Positions 9,351-18,711 of a DNA stretch of 64,000 nucleotides are shown piece by piece (position 1 is the stretch's first letter; each line of letters begins with the position of its first letter). The position numbers were made by a program, and so were the translations under genes. The stretch covers positions 13,047-77,046 of the forward strand of contig JAPLVY010000007.1 of the NCBI GenBank assembly GCA_026396875.1. Reading direction: 5' to 3'. A model generated the notes under the pieces. The model ran no database searches. It saw only the letters and a list, made by a program, of their open reading frames with translations, and had not been told where the DNA came from. This stretch comes from Candidatus Falkowbacteria bacterium. Lineage in GTDB: Bacteria; Patescibacteriota; Patescibacteriia; Patescibacteriales; UBA12465.

Positions 9351-11066
9351 TTACAACATGTTATCTTTTCTTTCCTTAACATAACGCGTCCAGTCTTCAG
9401 CAATTTCCACCAAGACTTTAAATGGAGCTTCGATAACAAAGTCGAATAGAAAAACAAAAACGTTAACCTTGGAAACATTGCTAGAAAGCCATTTACCAAC
9501 AGCAATGATTGGCATGTAAAACAAATCGATGAGAAAACCGAGCAAGCTCTCCCTGCGAGCGACGATAATTAAATCTTTGACATCCTTAGTGACGATAATA
9601 CTAAAGAAACTAACGAAAGCCAAAAAGAACATGAAAATCGTAATACTCACCCAGTTAAAGTGTGCTTTGCTGAGCACCCAGATAATAAAATAAGTTGAAG
9701 CAAAAAAAGCCGCTGTATAAATGATATTAAAAAAGAAATCTACCGCATTTTGACGCTTCTTGGGAACACGAATCATTATTGGCTGTGTTCTCTCGGAACC
9801 AGCCAGAGCAATCTCCTTCACACCGGAAATAATTTTTTCAGTATTTTTTTTATCCGGCATGCGCGACATTATCACAATAAAGAACAGTAAAACCGCCGGA
9901 AAACAGACATTGATTGCTAGGGCTACGGGATTCAAGGGTTCATTAAACCACTTAATTGCTGGCACTTCAATCAGGAAAACAAAAATTGATTTAGTAAGAA
10001 AAATATAGATAATACTGCGGAAAGCTTTGCGCCATAAACGATTTTTTTCGCGCTGGTACTTTGCTGCGCAAGTCTTGCTGATATTTCCCAGAAATTTATT
10101 CTCATCACGACTCAAGTCCTCATAAGCTTTAACTGGGTCACCCTGAACATTCTCCAATAAAATATTGTAGTACAAAGAATACACTTTCACGATTCGATCG
10201 AGTGGTTTTACAAGTGGGTGATCCAACTGTTCATCGATCGCCTTATGAAGGACTGGCAGTGTGTCGGCGATGCGATCAATCTCTTCGTCAGATAAATTAT
10301 TTTTTTCAGCGCTACTCCAGGTGGCGTGGTAATACTTAAACAAAATCAGAGAAAGCATCGCTTTATCAAAACGCAAAAAAATTCGATTGATACTCAAATA
10401 GGTTTGGATTTCTAAATCGTCTTTATACGGCAAACTTTCCGGCAATTCCAGATTCTTGGAAAGAACAGCAAACATGTTGGAAACTATCGTCTGCTTAACT
10501 CGATTTAAATCGAAATTCTCTTCAATCTCGCAGGCAGCCAAAGAAAGGATCCAGCTAATAACTGAATTCTTCTCACCAATTAAATCTTTCGCCTTACCCA
10601 AATCAGTCTTCAAATTCAATAAGGCATTAATTTTGGCCACACTATGATCTTTGAGGCGAATATATTTCTCCAGAAGTAAGGCAGTTTCCTTGATTTTGCT
10701 CTCTGGTAATTTATTGTTGGGTAAATAGCCGGCACGAATTAGCTCGGCGAGTAAGTGGGTAGCTATTTGTTCACTATTTGACTCCTTTAAAACGCCTTCG
10801 ATAACCACCTGACGCTTTAAGATGCGGATAATCGCATTCTTGCGCAATAAATGGTCCTCTTCGTAGTCGACCGCATTACGAATCTTTTCGTAAGCGAAAG
10901 ACAATTTGGAAATCATCTCTGAAACACTGATTTTCGGTGCATCATCGTTAGACTCCCCGCCCTTCTTACGATCAGAATTTATGACTTGAAATAAGTGTTT
11001 AGCATCAAGATTGAGCTCGGCCCCACGGGCTGACTCACTACGGCGCATCAAAGTTGGACTAACCAT
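9351..11066 (-). CDS. Conserved hypothetical membrane protein (large helical N-domain, C-terminal TM helices)
   Basis: 571-aa ORF with YEKIRNAVDYEEDHLLRKNAIIRILKR motif typical of a CPR family; hydrophobic C-terminus. Confidence 0.8.
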   Translation of the reverse strand: MVSPTLMRRSESARGAELNLDAKHLFQVINSDRKKGGESNDDAPKISVSEMISKLSFAYEKIRNAVDYEEDHLLRKNAIIRILKRQVVIEGVLKESNSEQIATHLLAELIRAGYLPNNKLPESKIKETALLLEKYIRLKDHSVAKINALLNLKTDLGKAKDLIGEKNSVISWILSLAACEIEENFDLNRVKQTIVSNMFAVLSKNLELPESLPYKDDLEIQTYLSINRIFLRFDKAMLSLILFKYYHATWSSAEKNNLSDEEIDRIADTLPVLHKAIDEQLDHPLVKPLDRIVKVYSLYYNILLENVQGDPVKAYEDLSRDENKFLGNISKTCAAKYQREKNRLWRKAFRSIIYIFLTKSIFVFLIEVPAIKWFNEPLNPVALAINVCFPAVLLFFIVIMSRMPDKKNTEKIISGVKEIALAGSERTQPIMIRVPKKRQNAVDFFFNIIYTAAFFASTYFIIWVLSKAHFNWVSITIFMFFLAFVSFFSIIVTKDVKDLIIVARRESLLGFLIDLFYMPIIAVGKWLSSNVSKVNVFVFLFDFVIEAPFKVLVEIAEDWTRYVKERKDNML

Positions 11067-11256
11067 AAAATAAATGTTTTAATATTTTTTATCACTCCGA
11101 TTTTCACCTACGAAAAAACACGAGTGCAAAAAATATCAAAACACGTTTAAAGCAAGATAAAAATGACCTTACCTATGTTCATTTTAGGTTGTTTAGCGGA
11201 AAAAGGCAATTTTTCCTTGACAAAAATCGATATTTTAGCAAAACCAGCAAAAAAGC

Positions 11257-11285
11257 TTGACAAGCGCCCCTATTTTTCTTAAAAT
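11257..11285 (+). promoter_or_regulatory. sigma70 promoter of secE-nusG-rplK-rplA
   Basis: TTGACA-17 bp-TAAAAT. Confidence 0.7.
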
Positions 11286-11354
11286 ATCAATAGATTAATA
11301 AGGATAGCCGACAAGGCTGTTTTTAATTACTTTACCCAATATTTTGCAAACATT

Positions 11355-11543
11355 ATGAACAAGTTAACGACTTACATCAAGGCCTCAATCGAAGAAATGA
11401 AAAAAGTTTCTTGGCCGACAAAAAAAGAGACTACCAACTACACGATTCTCGTTATCGTTTTTAGTTTAGCGGTTGCTGTTTTTCTCGGACTTTTGGACTA
11501 CATTTTTAGTCTTGGCTTAGCAAAATTAATTACTAAATACTAA
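11355..11543 (+). CDS. secE: Preprotein translocase subunit SecE
   Basis: EMKKVSWPTKKE plus one TM; upstream of nusG. Confidence 0.95.
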   Translation: MNKLTTYIKASIEEMKKVSWPTKKETTNYTILVIVFSLAVAVFLGLLDYIFSLGLAKLITKY

Positions 11544-11616
11544 TCGTTCTTTTTTTAACCCGGGCTAAACTAGATAAATTTATTTACTAAATTTTTCTCG
11601 CGCCCCATTGACCTTT

Positions 11617-12159
11617 ATGGCCAAACAGCTCTTAAACCAGGGCCGCAGATGGTATGTGCTTCATACTTATTCCGGCTACGAAGAAAACGTCGCCCAAAAC
11701 CTCAAACAAAGGATTGAGTCTTTGGACATGGAAGACAAAATTTTTAACATTCTGATTCCCACCGAAAAGAAAATCAAAATCAAGAACGGCAAAAGAAAAG
11801 TGACTGAGGAAAAAATCTTTCCTGGTTACATTTTAGTAGAAATGGAAGTAACCGATGAGTCTTGGTACATTGTCAGGAACACACCAAATGTCACCGGCTT
11901 TATCGGCACCGGAACCATTCCGACACCAATCAGTGAAGAAGAAGTAAAATCCCTTCAGAAAAGAATGGGTGTGGAAGATCCGAAGTTTAAGATGGACGTT
12001 GTTATCGGCGATCCAGTAACAATCAACGAGGGACCATTCAAGAACATGGAAGGAAAAATCACCTCCATTGACGAAGCAAAAGGCAAAGTCAAAGTTTCGG
12101 TCACCATCTTTGGTCGCGAAACTCCGGTTGAATTGGACTTTCTACAGATCAAAAAATAA
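11617..12159 (+). CDS. nusG: Transcription termination/antitermination factor NusG
   Basis: WYVLHTYSGYE, FPGYILVEM, VRNTPNVTGF, KOW, IFGRETPVEL; ATG at 11617 preferred. Confidence 0.98.
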   Translation: MAKQLLNQGRRWYVLHTYSGYEENVAQNLKQRIESLDMEDKIFNILIPTEKKIKIKNGKRKVTEEKIFPGYILVEMEVTDESWYIVRNTPNVTGFIGTGTIPTPISEEEVKSLQKRMGVEDPKFKMDVVIGDPVTINEGPFKNMEGKITSIDEAKGKVKVSVTIFGRETPVELDFLQIKK

Positions 12160-12225
12160 GAAATTTATAAATAAACTTTTCCCGTTTCGTGATACTCGAT
12201 GCTTCTACGGAAAAAGTAAAAATAT

Positions 12226-12651
12226 ATGGCTAAGAAAATTAAGACAAAAATTAAATTACAAATCACTGGTGGCCAAGCGAACCCCGCTCCTCCAGTCGGT
12301 CCAGCCTTGGGACAACATGGCTTGAATATTGCTGAATTCTGTCAAAAATTTAACGACCAAACCAGAGCTACCCGCATGGGCGATGTTGTACCAGTGGAAA
12401 TCACCGTCTACGAAGACCGCACTTACGATTTTATCCTGAAAACTGCTCCTGCTTCTGAATTGATTAAAAAGGCTGCCGGTATTAAGAAAGGCTCTGCTAA
12501 ACCAAAGAGTGACAAAGTTGGCTCAATCACCAAGGATCAGCTAGAAGAAATCGCCAAAACAAAAATGTCCGACCTAAATGCCAATAGCGTAGAGGGCGCA
12601 ATGAATATCATTGCCGGTACCGCTCGCAATATGGGCGTTGAAATCAAGTAA
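12226..12651 (+). CDS. rplK: 50S ribosomal protein L11
   Basis: [22 protein letters not shown]. Confidence 0.99.
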   Translation: MAKKIKTKIKLQITGGQANPAPPVGPALGQHGLNIAEFCQKFNDQTRATRMGDVVPVEITVYEDRTYDFILKTAPASELIKKAAGIKKGSAKPKSDKVGSITKDQLEEIAKTKMSDLNANSVEGAMNIIAGTARNMGVEIK

Positions 12652-12666
12652 TTAATAATTAATGAT

Positions 12667-12704
12667 TCGTGGGAGTTGGCTTAAACAGCTAACGCTTACC
12701 ACGA
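12667..12704 (+). promoter_or_regulatory. Putative L1 autoregulatory RNA site between rplK and rplA
   Basis: TCGTGGGAG-stem/loop-TTACCACGA hairpin just before the rplA start, resembling known L1-binding leaders. Confidence 0.65.
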
Positions 12705-12714
12705 TCAAATATTT

Positions 12715-13428
12715 ATGAAAAAAGAACAAGGAAAAAAGACGAGCGCAAACGTGGCCAAAAAAAAGGCTATGAATGCTGAATTGTTCGATCGCAACAAAGC
12801 CTACACTTTGGCGGAAGCGATTGAAATTGCCAAAAAATCAAGCACGGTGAAATTTGACGCTTCTATTGAAGTGCATTTTCGTCTTGGTATCAACCCGAAA
12901 AAAGGAGACCAGCAGGTCAGAGGCGCAGTAAGTTTGCCTCATGGTACCGGAAAAACCGTCAAGGTTGCAGCATTTGTCACCGCCGATAAGGAGAAAGAGG
13001 TGAAAAGTGCTGGCGCCGATTATGTTGGTGGCGAGGAACTGATTGAAGAAATCAAGAGAACGGAAAAAACCGATTTTCAAGTCGCCGTCGCTACCCCTGA
13101 CATGATGAAGAGTTTGGCCTCAATCGCTAAGATTTTGGGAACAAGAGGCTTGATGCCATCTCCCAAGAACGATACCGTTACCTTGAATCCAGCAAAAGCC
13201 GTCACTGAACTCAAGAAAGGAAAAATTTCTTTCAAAAATGACGACACTGGAAACTTGCATGCGGTTATTGGTCGAGTAAGCTTTGACAGCGCCAAGCTTG
13301 TTGAGAACTATCAGGCGCTCCTGGATACCGTGAAAAAAGCCAAACCGGCTACGGCCAAGGGATCATATTTAAAAAATGTGGCCATCTGTTCGTCGATGGG
13401 TCCTGGCATTAAAGTAACCATCTCATAA
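12715..13428 (+). CDS. rplA: 50S ribosomal protein L1
   Basis: KFDASIE, DQQVRG, LPHGTGK, LGTRGLMPSPK, SSMGPG. Confidence 0.99.
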   Translation: MKKEQGKKTSANVAKKKAMNAELFDRNKAYTLAEAIEIAKKSSTVKFDASIEVHFRLGINPKKGDQQVRGAVSLPHGTGKTVKVAAFVTADKEKEVKSAGADYVGGEELIEEIKRTEKTDFQVAVATPDMMKSLASIAKILGTRGLMPSPKNDTVTLNPAKAVTELKKGKISFKNDDTGNLHAVIGRVSFDSAKLVENYQALLDTVKKAKPATAKGSYLKNVAICSSMGPGIKVTIS

Positions 13429-13456
13429 AGCAAACCGTCACCGCTCCCATAAAGAG

Positions 13457-13502
13457 CGGCCGGTCAAGTTCATTTGTTGTGAATTTGGCCGGCCGTTTTT
13501 TT
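13457..13502 (+). terminator. Intrinsic terminator after rplA
   Basis: CGGCCGG..CCGGCCG long stem followed by T7. Confidence 0.8.
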
Positions 13503-13509
13503 ATTATTT

Positions 13510-13538
13510 AAAAAACCGTTTGTTAAACAAACGGTTTT
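13510..13538 (-). terminator. Intrinsic terminator after the thioredoxin gene
   Basis: A6-CCGTTTG-loop-CAAACGG-T4. Confidence 0.75.
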
Positions 13539-13561
13539 CTTCATTTTCGAACAAACATTCA

Positions 13562-13879
13562 TCAAACAGTTAAATGTTTTTTGATTGTATCTTCATAAAT
13601 TTCTTTGCGTGAAAGTCCGACAATTTTGTCGACTGACACTCCTTCTTTCATAAAATGCACAACAGGGATGCTGCGCACTCCCATTTCCGCGGTGAACTCC
13701 TTTTGTTCATCCACATTAACTTCGAAGAATGCAATTTTTTTGCCAACACTCTCGCTGGCGATCTTCTCCAGGATTGGATGAAGCCCTCTACAAGGACCGC
13801 ACCATTCAGCTGAAAAACAAATAATTACTAAAGTCCCAGCGGCCAAATTATTGGCCGCTTCTTGCTTGTATTGTTCCAT
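13562..13879 (-). CDS. trxA: Thioredoxin
   Basis: FSAEWCGPC, VNVDE, VRSIP. Confidence 0.92.
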   Translation of the reverse strand: MEQYKQEAANNLAAGTLVIICFSAEWCGPCRGLHPILEKIASESVGKKIAFFEVNVDEQKEFTAEMGVRSIPVVHFMKEGVSVDKIVGLSRKEIYEDTIKKHLTV

Positions 13880-13906
13880 TGTGTACTTTTTAAATAACGT
13901 GCTTGA

Positions 13907-13935
13907 ACATTATCATAAAAATACATTAAAGTCAA
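13907..13935 (-). promoter_or_regulatory. sigma70 promoter of trx
   Basis: TTGACT-17 bp (ending TGA)-TAATGT on the - strand. Confidence 0.55.
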
Positions 13936-13970
13936 TACTAAAAAAGTGCCAATTTTAGGGCTTTTTATCA

Positions 13971-14804
13971 CTAAGCAGCTACCGTAGACCAGCTAGACAA
14001 TTCTGATATTCTTTCGTCAATAGCCTTCAGGCCTGCTAAGTACTGTCTTTTAACTGGGCCATCAACTTCAATTGAGCCCCTGGAACAATTATACCAATCG
14101 GTGAGATATGGTTGATGATTATCAGCATCAATCATGATTGTGGTGCCGGTAGTATCAAGCCCAACATACCCCCTCTTAGCTGCCTCAATATAAACATTCT
14201 TGATTTTCTCCCAGATAGTTGCAAGCTCTAACGAGTCGGAAATTTCATGACTCATCATTGCTTCCTGCAGGTCAGAGCCGACAATAAATTCTTCCAATAA
14301 TGAACCCTTTTCCCCTTGGTATACGGCGCCATAAGTTTCAGGAACGCCAGTTAATTCTTGCAAATCATCAAGAACTGCCGCCTCATCATAAAGATGATCG
14401 ACAATGATCGCATCGTTATCAGATTCTTTTTGCAAATTTTTATAAGTTTTTCCACTATCTGTACTTACCACCATTGAATCCTCTCTTTTGCCATCTTCCT
14501 CATCCCCTGAAATTGGGTTAAGGCTCTCATACCGGTTTCTGACAAAAGTTCTCTCGGACACATACTTGTCCTCTCCAGTTCTCAAATCATGCACCTTCAT
14601 GCGAAATAAGGGGCCGAAAACGCCGCGACTCAGTGCTTCCCTTTCTCCAATCAATTCTAAGCCGCTTTTAATTAACTGGGCTTTCACTAACTCTATATCA
14701 GGAGCATTTTCTGCAAAATTTTTCTTTTCTCCCTCCTTAGAGTTAATTACTTTAAGCTCCTCAGGAGAATCAATAAGCTCGTTTTCTTGTTTTTCGATAG
14801 TCAT
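13971..14804 (-). CDS. Protein kinase-like fold protein (RIO/Kdo-like, probably degenerate)
   Basis: SRGVFG loop, EAAVL..L..GVPE.YG, LLEEFIVG..L, GLD...IMID, LTDW. Confidence 0.6.
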   Translation of the reverse strand: MTIEKQENELIDSPEELKVINSKEGEKKNFAENAPDIELVKAQLIKSGLELIGEREALSRGVFGPLFRMKVHDLRTGEDKYVSERTFVRNRYESLNPISGDEEDGKREDSMVVSTDSGKTYKNLQKESDNDAIIVDHLYDEAAVLDDLQELTGVPETYGAVYQGEKGSLLEEFIVGSDLQEAMMSHEISDSLELATIWEKIKNVYIEAAKRGYVGLDTTGTTIMIDADNHQPYLTDWYNCSRGSIEVDGPVKRQYLAGLKAIDERISELSSWSTVAA

Positions 14805-14927
14805 ATCTTTATCTATTTTAAAACTCTTATCTAATATTATAATACATCCAAAACAAAGATGCCAATGAAATATTTTGGGTATTTATTCTAATATTTTAGC
14901 AAACTCGCCATAGTGGCAATAAACATA

Positions 14928-15015
14928 TTGACTAAATCAAACAATCATGATATTTTAAGAAACGAGCGGAAATCCACCTCGTAGTGAAAACTGCTCGATT
15001 CAGACCTTTAACAAT
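14928..15015 (+). promoter_or_regulatory. sigma70 promoter, 5'UTR hairpin and boxA-like motif
   Basis: TTGACT-17-TATTTT; stem CGAGCGG(14963)/CTGCTCG(14997); GACCTTTAACAAT at 15003-15015. Confidence 0.55.
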
Positions 15016-15038
15016 ATTCATTAATATCATAATCAAAA

Positions 15039-15677
15039 ATGAAAAAAGCAATTATTATTTTTATTTCTTTGCTCGTTTGTGCTGGAGCAGCTGAACTTGC
15101 CCTTAAATCCTCCAATAAAAAAATTCAAGGAGAAATCATTAGTGGAAAAACACTGGAAGACCTGTATTCCCTGCACCAAAAAAAAGACAGCATATATGTT
15201 ATTGGCGAAGTCCGCCTGCGGGAGTTAAAAAAAGAAATATTGCAAAAATATTTCCCCGATGAAGATTCTCTGCAATTCAAAGTACTCAAAGAAACCACTC
15301 AAATTGGTGGCCGTATCGCTGGCTCAGTTTTTCGAGAAGGAGTTGAAAAACTCTTTGTGATTTCACCAGAAAAAGGAATTGGGTACCTGATGGATAACGA
15401 CAAGGAGCAGATTATTAAACTTCACGTCGGATTCATTTCTAATAAAATTTACGAGAAAATTGGTGAGACCGCCGAAGAAAACTTCAAAAATTTTGGACAA
15501 GCTCAGATTTGGCTCAGCACAGATGCCAAGAAAATTTTCATCTTTTCTGGCGAAAAAGGAGAAACCAAAGAAATAAACCCCGGAAGCGGAGAAGTTAGTA
15601 ATTTGGGACCATTCTACAAACCAAACGGCAAAATATTGCTAGAAAGAGCAAAAAAACAATTTGTTCCATTATTATGA
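15039..15677 (+). CDS. Hypothetical secreted or membrane-anchored orphan protein (212 aa)
   Basis: MKK plus hydrophobic signal peptide; own promoter and terminator. Confidence 0.7.
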   Translation: MKKAIIIFISLLVCAGAAELALKSSNKKIQGEIISGKTLEDLYSLHQKKDSIYVIGEVRLRELKKEILQKYFPDEDSLQFKVLKETTQIGGRIAGSVFREGVEKLFVISPEKGIGYLMDNDKEQIIKLHVGFISNKIYEKIGETAEENFKNFGQAQIWLSTDAKKIFIFSGEKGETKEINPGSGEVSNLGPFYKPNGKILLERAKKQFVPLL

Positions 15678-15685
15678 ACTACCAG

Positions 15686-15717
15686 AAACCGCCCATCTAA
15701 TTAAATGGGCGGTTTTT
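15686..15717 (+). terminator. Intrinsic terminator
   Basis: AAACCGCCCAT-loop-ATGGGCGGTTTTT. Confidence 0.85.
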
Positions 15718-15776
15718 AATTACACCGACTTAAACAGGCTAAAAAATTAGATATTTCCAATTGTTCAGAAGTAATG

Positions 15777-15805
15777 TTGACTAGATTTCCTGAAATTGCT
15801 AATAT
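15777..15805 (+). promoter_or_regulatory. sigma70 promoter of the RRM gene
   Basis: TTGACT-17 bp (ending TGC)-TAATAT. Confidence 0.6.
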
Positions 15806-15875
15806 TCCCCTTGTAAGGCCAGAAAGGTCGTTCTTACGCTAAAAACTAACCGCTCACGCGAAAATACAAAATAAG

Positions 15876-16130
15876 ATGAAGAAATTATTCGTTGGTGGAC
15901 TTGCCTTCAAAACTACTGAAGACGGTCTGCGCAGTTTGTTCGCTCAGGCTGGTGAAATCGAGTCGGCAGTGGTCATTATGGACCGCATGACCAATCGCTC
16001 CAAGGGCTTCGGCTTTGTGGAAATGGTTACCGAGGAAGATGCTCAAAAAGCAATCTCGATGTTCAACGGCATGGAATTTGAGGGTCGCCGCATCGTTGTC
16101 AACGAGGCTCGCCCACTTGAAAGACGCTAA
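15876..16130 (+). CDS. RRM (RNP-1) RNA-binding protein
   Basis: KLFVGGL (RNP2), RSKGFGFVEM (RNP1), GRRIVVNEARP. Confidence 0.95.
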   Translation: MKKLFVGGLAFKTTEDGLRSLFAQAGEIESAVVIMDRMTNRSKGFGFVEMVTEEDAQKAISMFNGMEFEGRRIVVNEARPLERR

Positions 16131-16158
16131 GTGACACAGCTCAATTTATAGAAAAAAT

Positions 16159-16188
16159 AAAAAACACTCCGGTTTCGGGGTGTTTTTT
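16159..16188. terminator. Bidirectional terminator
   Basis: A6-CACTCCG-TTT-CGGGGTG-T6 between convergent genes. Confidence 0.8.
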
Positions 16189-16208
16189 ATTATCTTAACC
16201 AAACAAAA

Positions 16209-16652
16209 TTACTTCTTCTCGACCACAATTTTCTTCGCCTTTTTTACTTCTTCCCTTACCTCTTTCTTCAGTTTTTCATCAATATGTTTTTCGTAGTCCT
16301 TAATCGCTTTCTGTAAGCCTTCGACGGCCATGATTGAGCAATGAATCTTTTGTTGAGGCAAACCACCCAGATCTTCAACGATTTCCTTCCATTTAAAGTT
16401 TTTTGCGTCTTCAACCTTCATTCCTTTGATTTTTTCGGTCATGATCGATGCAGTCGCAATATTGGAAGCACAACCAAAAGACAAAAACTTCACATCTTTG
16501 ATTTTTCCTTTATCTACTTTGAGGTAGAAATTTAACTGATCACCACAAACCATGTTGCCAATTTCTGCAAAACCGTCCGGTCTATCCATTTTGCCAATAT
16601 TCTTCGGATGAAGAAAATGATCAATTGTTTTCTTAGTATATTTTAGAGCCAT
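16209..16652 (-). CDS. iscU: Fe-S cluster scaffold IscU/NifU
   Basis: DHFLHPKN, GNMVCGD, FGCAS, LGGLP..KIHCS. Confidence 0.93.
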   Translation of the reverse strand: MALKYTKKTIDHFLHPKNIGKMDRPDGFAEIGNMVCGDQLNFYLKVDKGKIKDVKFLSFGCASNIATASIMTEKIKGMKVEDAKNFKWKEIVEDLGGLPQQKIHCSIMAVEGLQKAIKDYEKHIDEKLKKEVREEVKKAKKIVVEKK

Positions 16653-16727
16653 ATATTTAATTATTCATTTAGTTTTTAGCTACAAAAAAACACGAGCTCA
16701 AAAATTAAATGAATAATACTAATTTAA

Positions 16728-17885
16728 TTATAATTTGGACACTGGGGAAAATTCTCTGAGTCTGCCCACGGTTTCTGTTACCATTTTAATCGTATAATCT
16801 ATCTCTTTTTCGGTCGTCTCTTTTCCAAGAGAAAAGCGGATATTGCTATTTAGGAAGTGTTTGCTAAGACCAATGGCCGCTAAAACACTGGAAGCCTTGA
16901 GATTGGTCGCCGAACAGGCCGAGCCAGTAGAAACAAAAATTCCCTTGTAAGATAAGTCGATCAGAATTGCTTCCCCTTCGACATAACCAAACATCACGTT
17001 CAAATTTGCTGGTACTCTTTCCTTGATGCTGCCATTAACCTGAATATCCGGCAAGTTCTTTTTTAATCCATCCCACAGACGATCACGCAATTTTTTAACG
17101 CGCTTCACATATTCTGAGCGTTCTTTGTACGCTATCTCTAGGGCGCTAGTCATGCCAACGATCCCTGGCAAGTTATAAGTGCCCGCTCTCTTTCCTTCTT
17201 CTTGCCCGCCACCGATAATTAGAGGTTCAGCATAAACCGCCGGATTCAGATAGGCCAGTCCAACTCCCTTGGGGCCACCAAATTTATGAGCCGAAAGACT
17301 TAGGGCGTCAACGCCTAATTCTTTGATATCAATCTTCAGATACGGCACTGCCTGCACTGCGTCCGTGTGGAAATAAGTTCCATATTTTTTTGCTAATTTC
17401 ACGAGCTCGGAAATATTCTGAATCGTACCAATCTCGTTATTAACCATCATCACGGAAACAAGAACTGTTTTTTTATCAATTAGCTTTTCTAGTTCAGAAA
17501 TTTCAACTAGCCCTTCATAATTAACTGGAACAATAGAAACTCGAAATCCTTCTTTCTCTAATTGGCGTGCCGATTCACGAACGCAAGGATGTTCAATCGC
17601 TGAAATAATTACATGATCTCCTTTCTTGCGATTAGCACGAGCAATTCCCTTGATCAAATAATTATTTGCCTCCGTAGCACTGCTAGTAAAAATTATACCG
17701 CGTGAATCGGCACCAAGAATCTTGGCAACTTTCTCGCGACAATCGGTTAAGACATTGAAGTTCTCTTGGCCCATGGTGTGAATAGAAGAAGCATTACCGT
17801 AATTAACTGAAAAATATGGCAACATCACTTTTAAAACACGAGGATCGACTTTGGTGGTAGCGGCATTATCAAGATAAACTTTCAT
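16728..17885 (-). CDS. iscS: Cysteine desulfurase IscS/NifS
   Basis: YLDNAATT, HTDAVQ, SAHKFGGPKG, STGSACS. Confidence 0.96.
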   Translation of the reverse strand: MKVYLDNAATTKVDPRVLKVMLPYFSVNYGNASSIHTMGQENFNVLTDCREKVAKILGADSRGIIFTSSATEANNYLIKGIARANRKKGDHVIISAIEHPCVRESARQLEKEGFRVSIVPVNYEGLVEISELEKLIDKKTVLVSVMMVNNEIGTIQNISELVKLAKKYGTYFHTDAVQAVPYLKIDIKELGVDALSLSAHKFGGPKGVGLAYLNPAVYAEPLIIGGGQEEGKRAGTYNLPGIVGMTSALEIAYKERSEYVKRVKKLRDRLWDGLKKNLPDIQVNGSIKERVPANLNVMFGYVEGEAILIDLSYKGIFVSTGSACSATNLKASSVLAAIGLSKHFLNSNIRFSLGKETTEKEIDYTIKMVTETVGRLREFSPVSKL

Positions 17886-17888
17886 AAT

Positions 17889-18689
17889 TTATTTCAAGAC
17901 AATACTATTAATCACGATCGGTGTTATTGGGCGATTGGCATCACCGGTTGCTGCCTTGGAAATAGCATCAACCACATCCATACCTTCGGTTACCTCACCA
18001 AACACCGCATGCTTGCCATCTAAATAGGTGTTGTCAGCAACGTTAACAAAGAATTGAGAACCACCAGTATTAACTCCTGCATTAGCCATAGAAATTGTAC
18101 CACGGACATTGGAAAGGCCAGGACCAAATTCATCTTTAATTGCATAGCCAGGACCACCAGTACCCCAGCTACTCTGTAGGGAGTCGTCTTTGGTCAATTG
18201 GTCTCCGCCCTGAATCATAAAATCAGGAATTACACGATGGAATTTTACGCCATTATAGTAACCGATATTGGCCAGGTTCATAAAATTCATTACTGTCTGG
18301 GGTGCCTTGTCGCTATAAAACTTCAGGGTAAAATTACCCATATTAGTGCTGAAAATGGCCTGACTATATTTAGCGGCCAGATTTTCAAATTTACTTGGAT
18401 CAACTGTCATCATATCAATTTTTTTAACTTCTCCGGCTGGCTGAGTGACTTGACTGTCAGCTCCAGGAATACCGGCAAGTTCTTGTTTAATTTTATCTTT
18501 ATCAACACTATTATCTCCTCCTGTTTGACTATTAGCACTAGCGGCAGCACTAGAACTAGCTGACGCGGCAGCGTCTTCGTTTAGGATGTCTGCGGCACTA
18601 GACTTTTTTGGAGTGGAAGTGTCGGCACCACAAGCAGAAAGCGTTAAAGCGCTAATTACCAAAAGAGAAAATAAAAAATACTTTTTCAT
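17889..18689 (-). CDS. Cyclophilin-type peptidyl-prolyl isomerase, lipoprotein
   Basis: Lipobox LSAC, low-complexity linker, FHRVIPDFMIQGGD, SMANAG, GSQFF, LDGKHAVFG. Confidence 0.93.
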   Translation of the reverse strand: MKKYFLFSLLVISALTLSACGADTSTPKKSSAADILNEDAAASASSSAAASANSQTGGDNSVDKDKIKQELAGIPGADSQVTQPAGEVKKIDMMTVDPSKFENLAAKYSQAIFSTNMGNFTLKFYSDKAPQTVMNFMNLANIGYYNGVKFHRVIPDFMIQGGDQLTKDDSLQSSWGTGGPGYAIKDEFGPGLSNVRGTISMANAGVNTGGSQFFVNVADNTYLDGKHAVFGEVTEGMDVVDAISKAATGDANRPITPIVINSIVLK

Positions 18690-18711
18690 ATTATTTTACA
18701 TTTAGCTTTCC

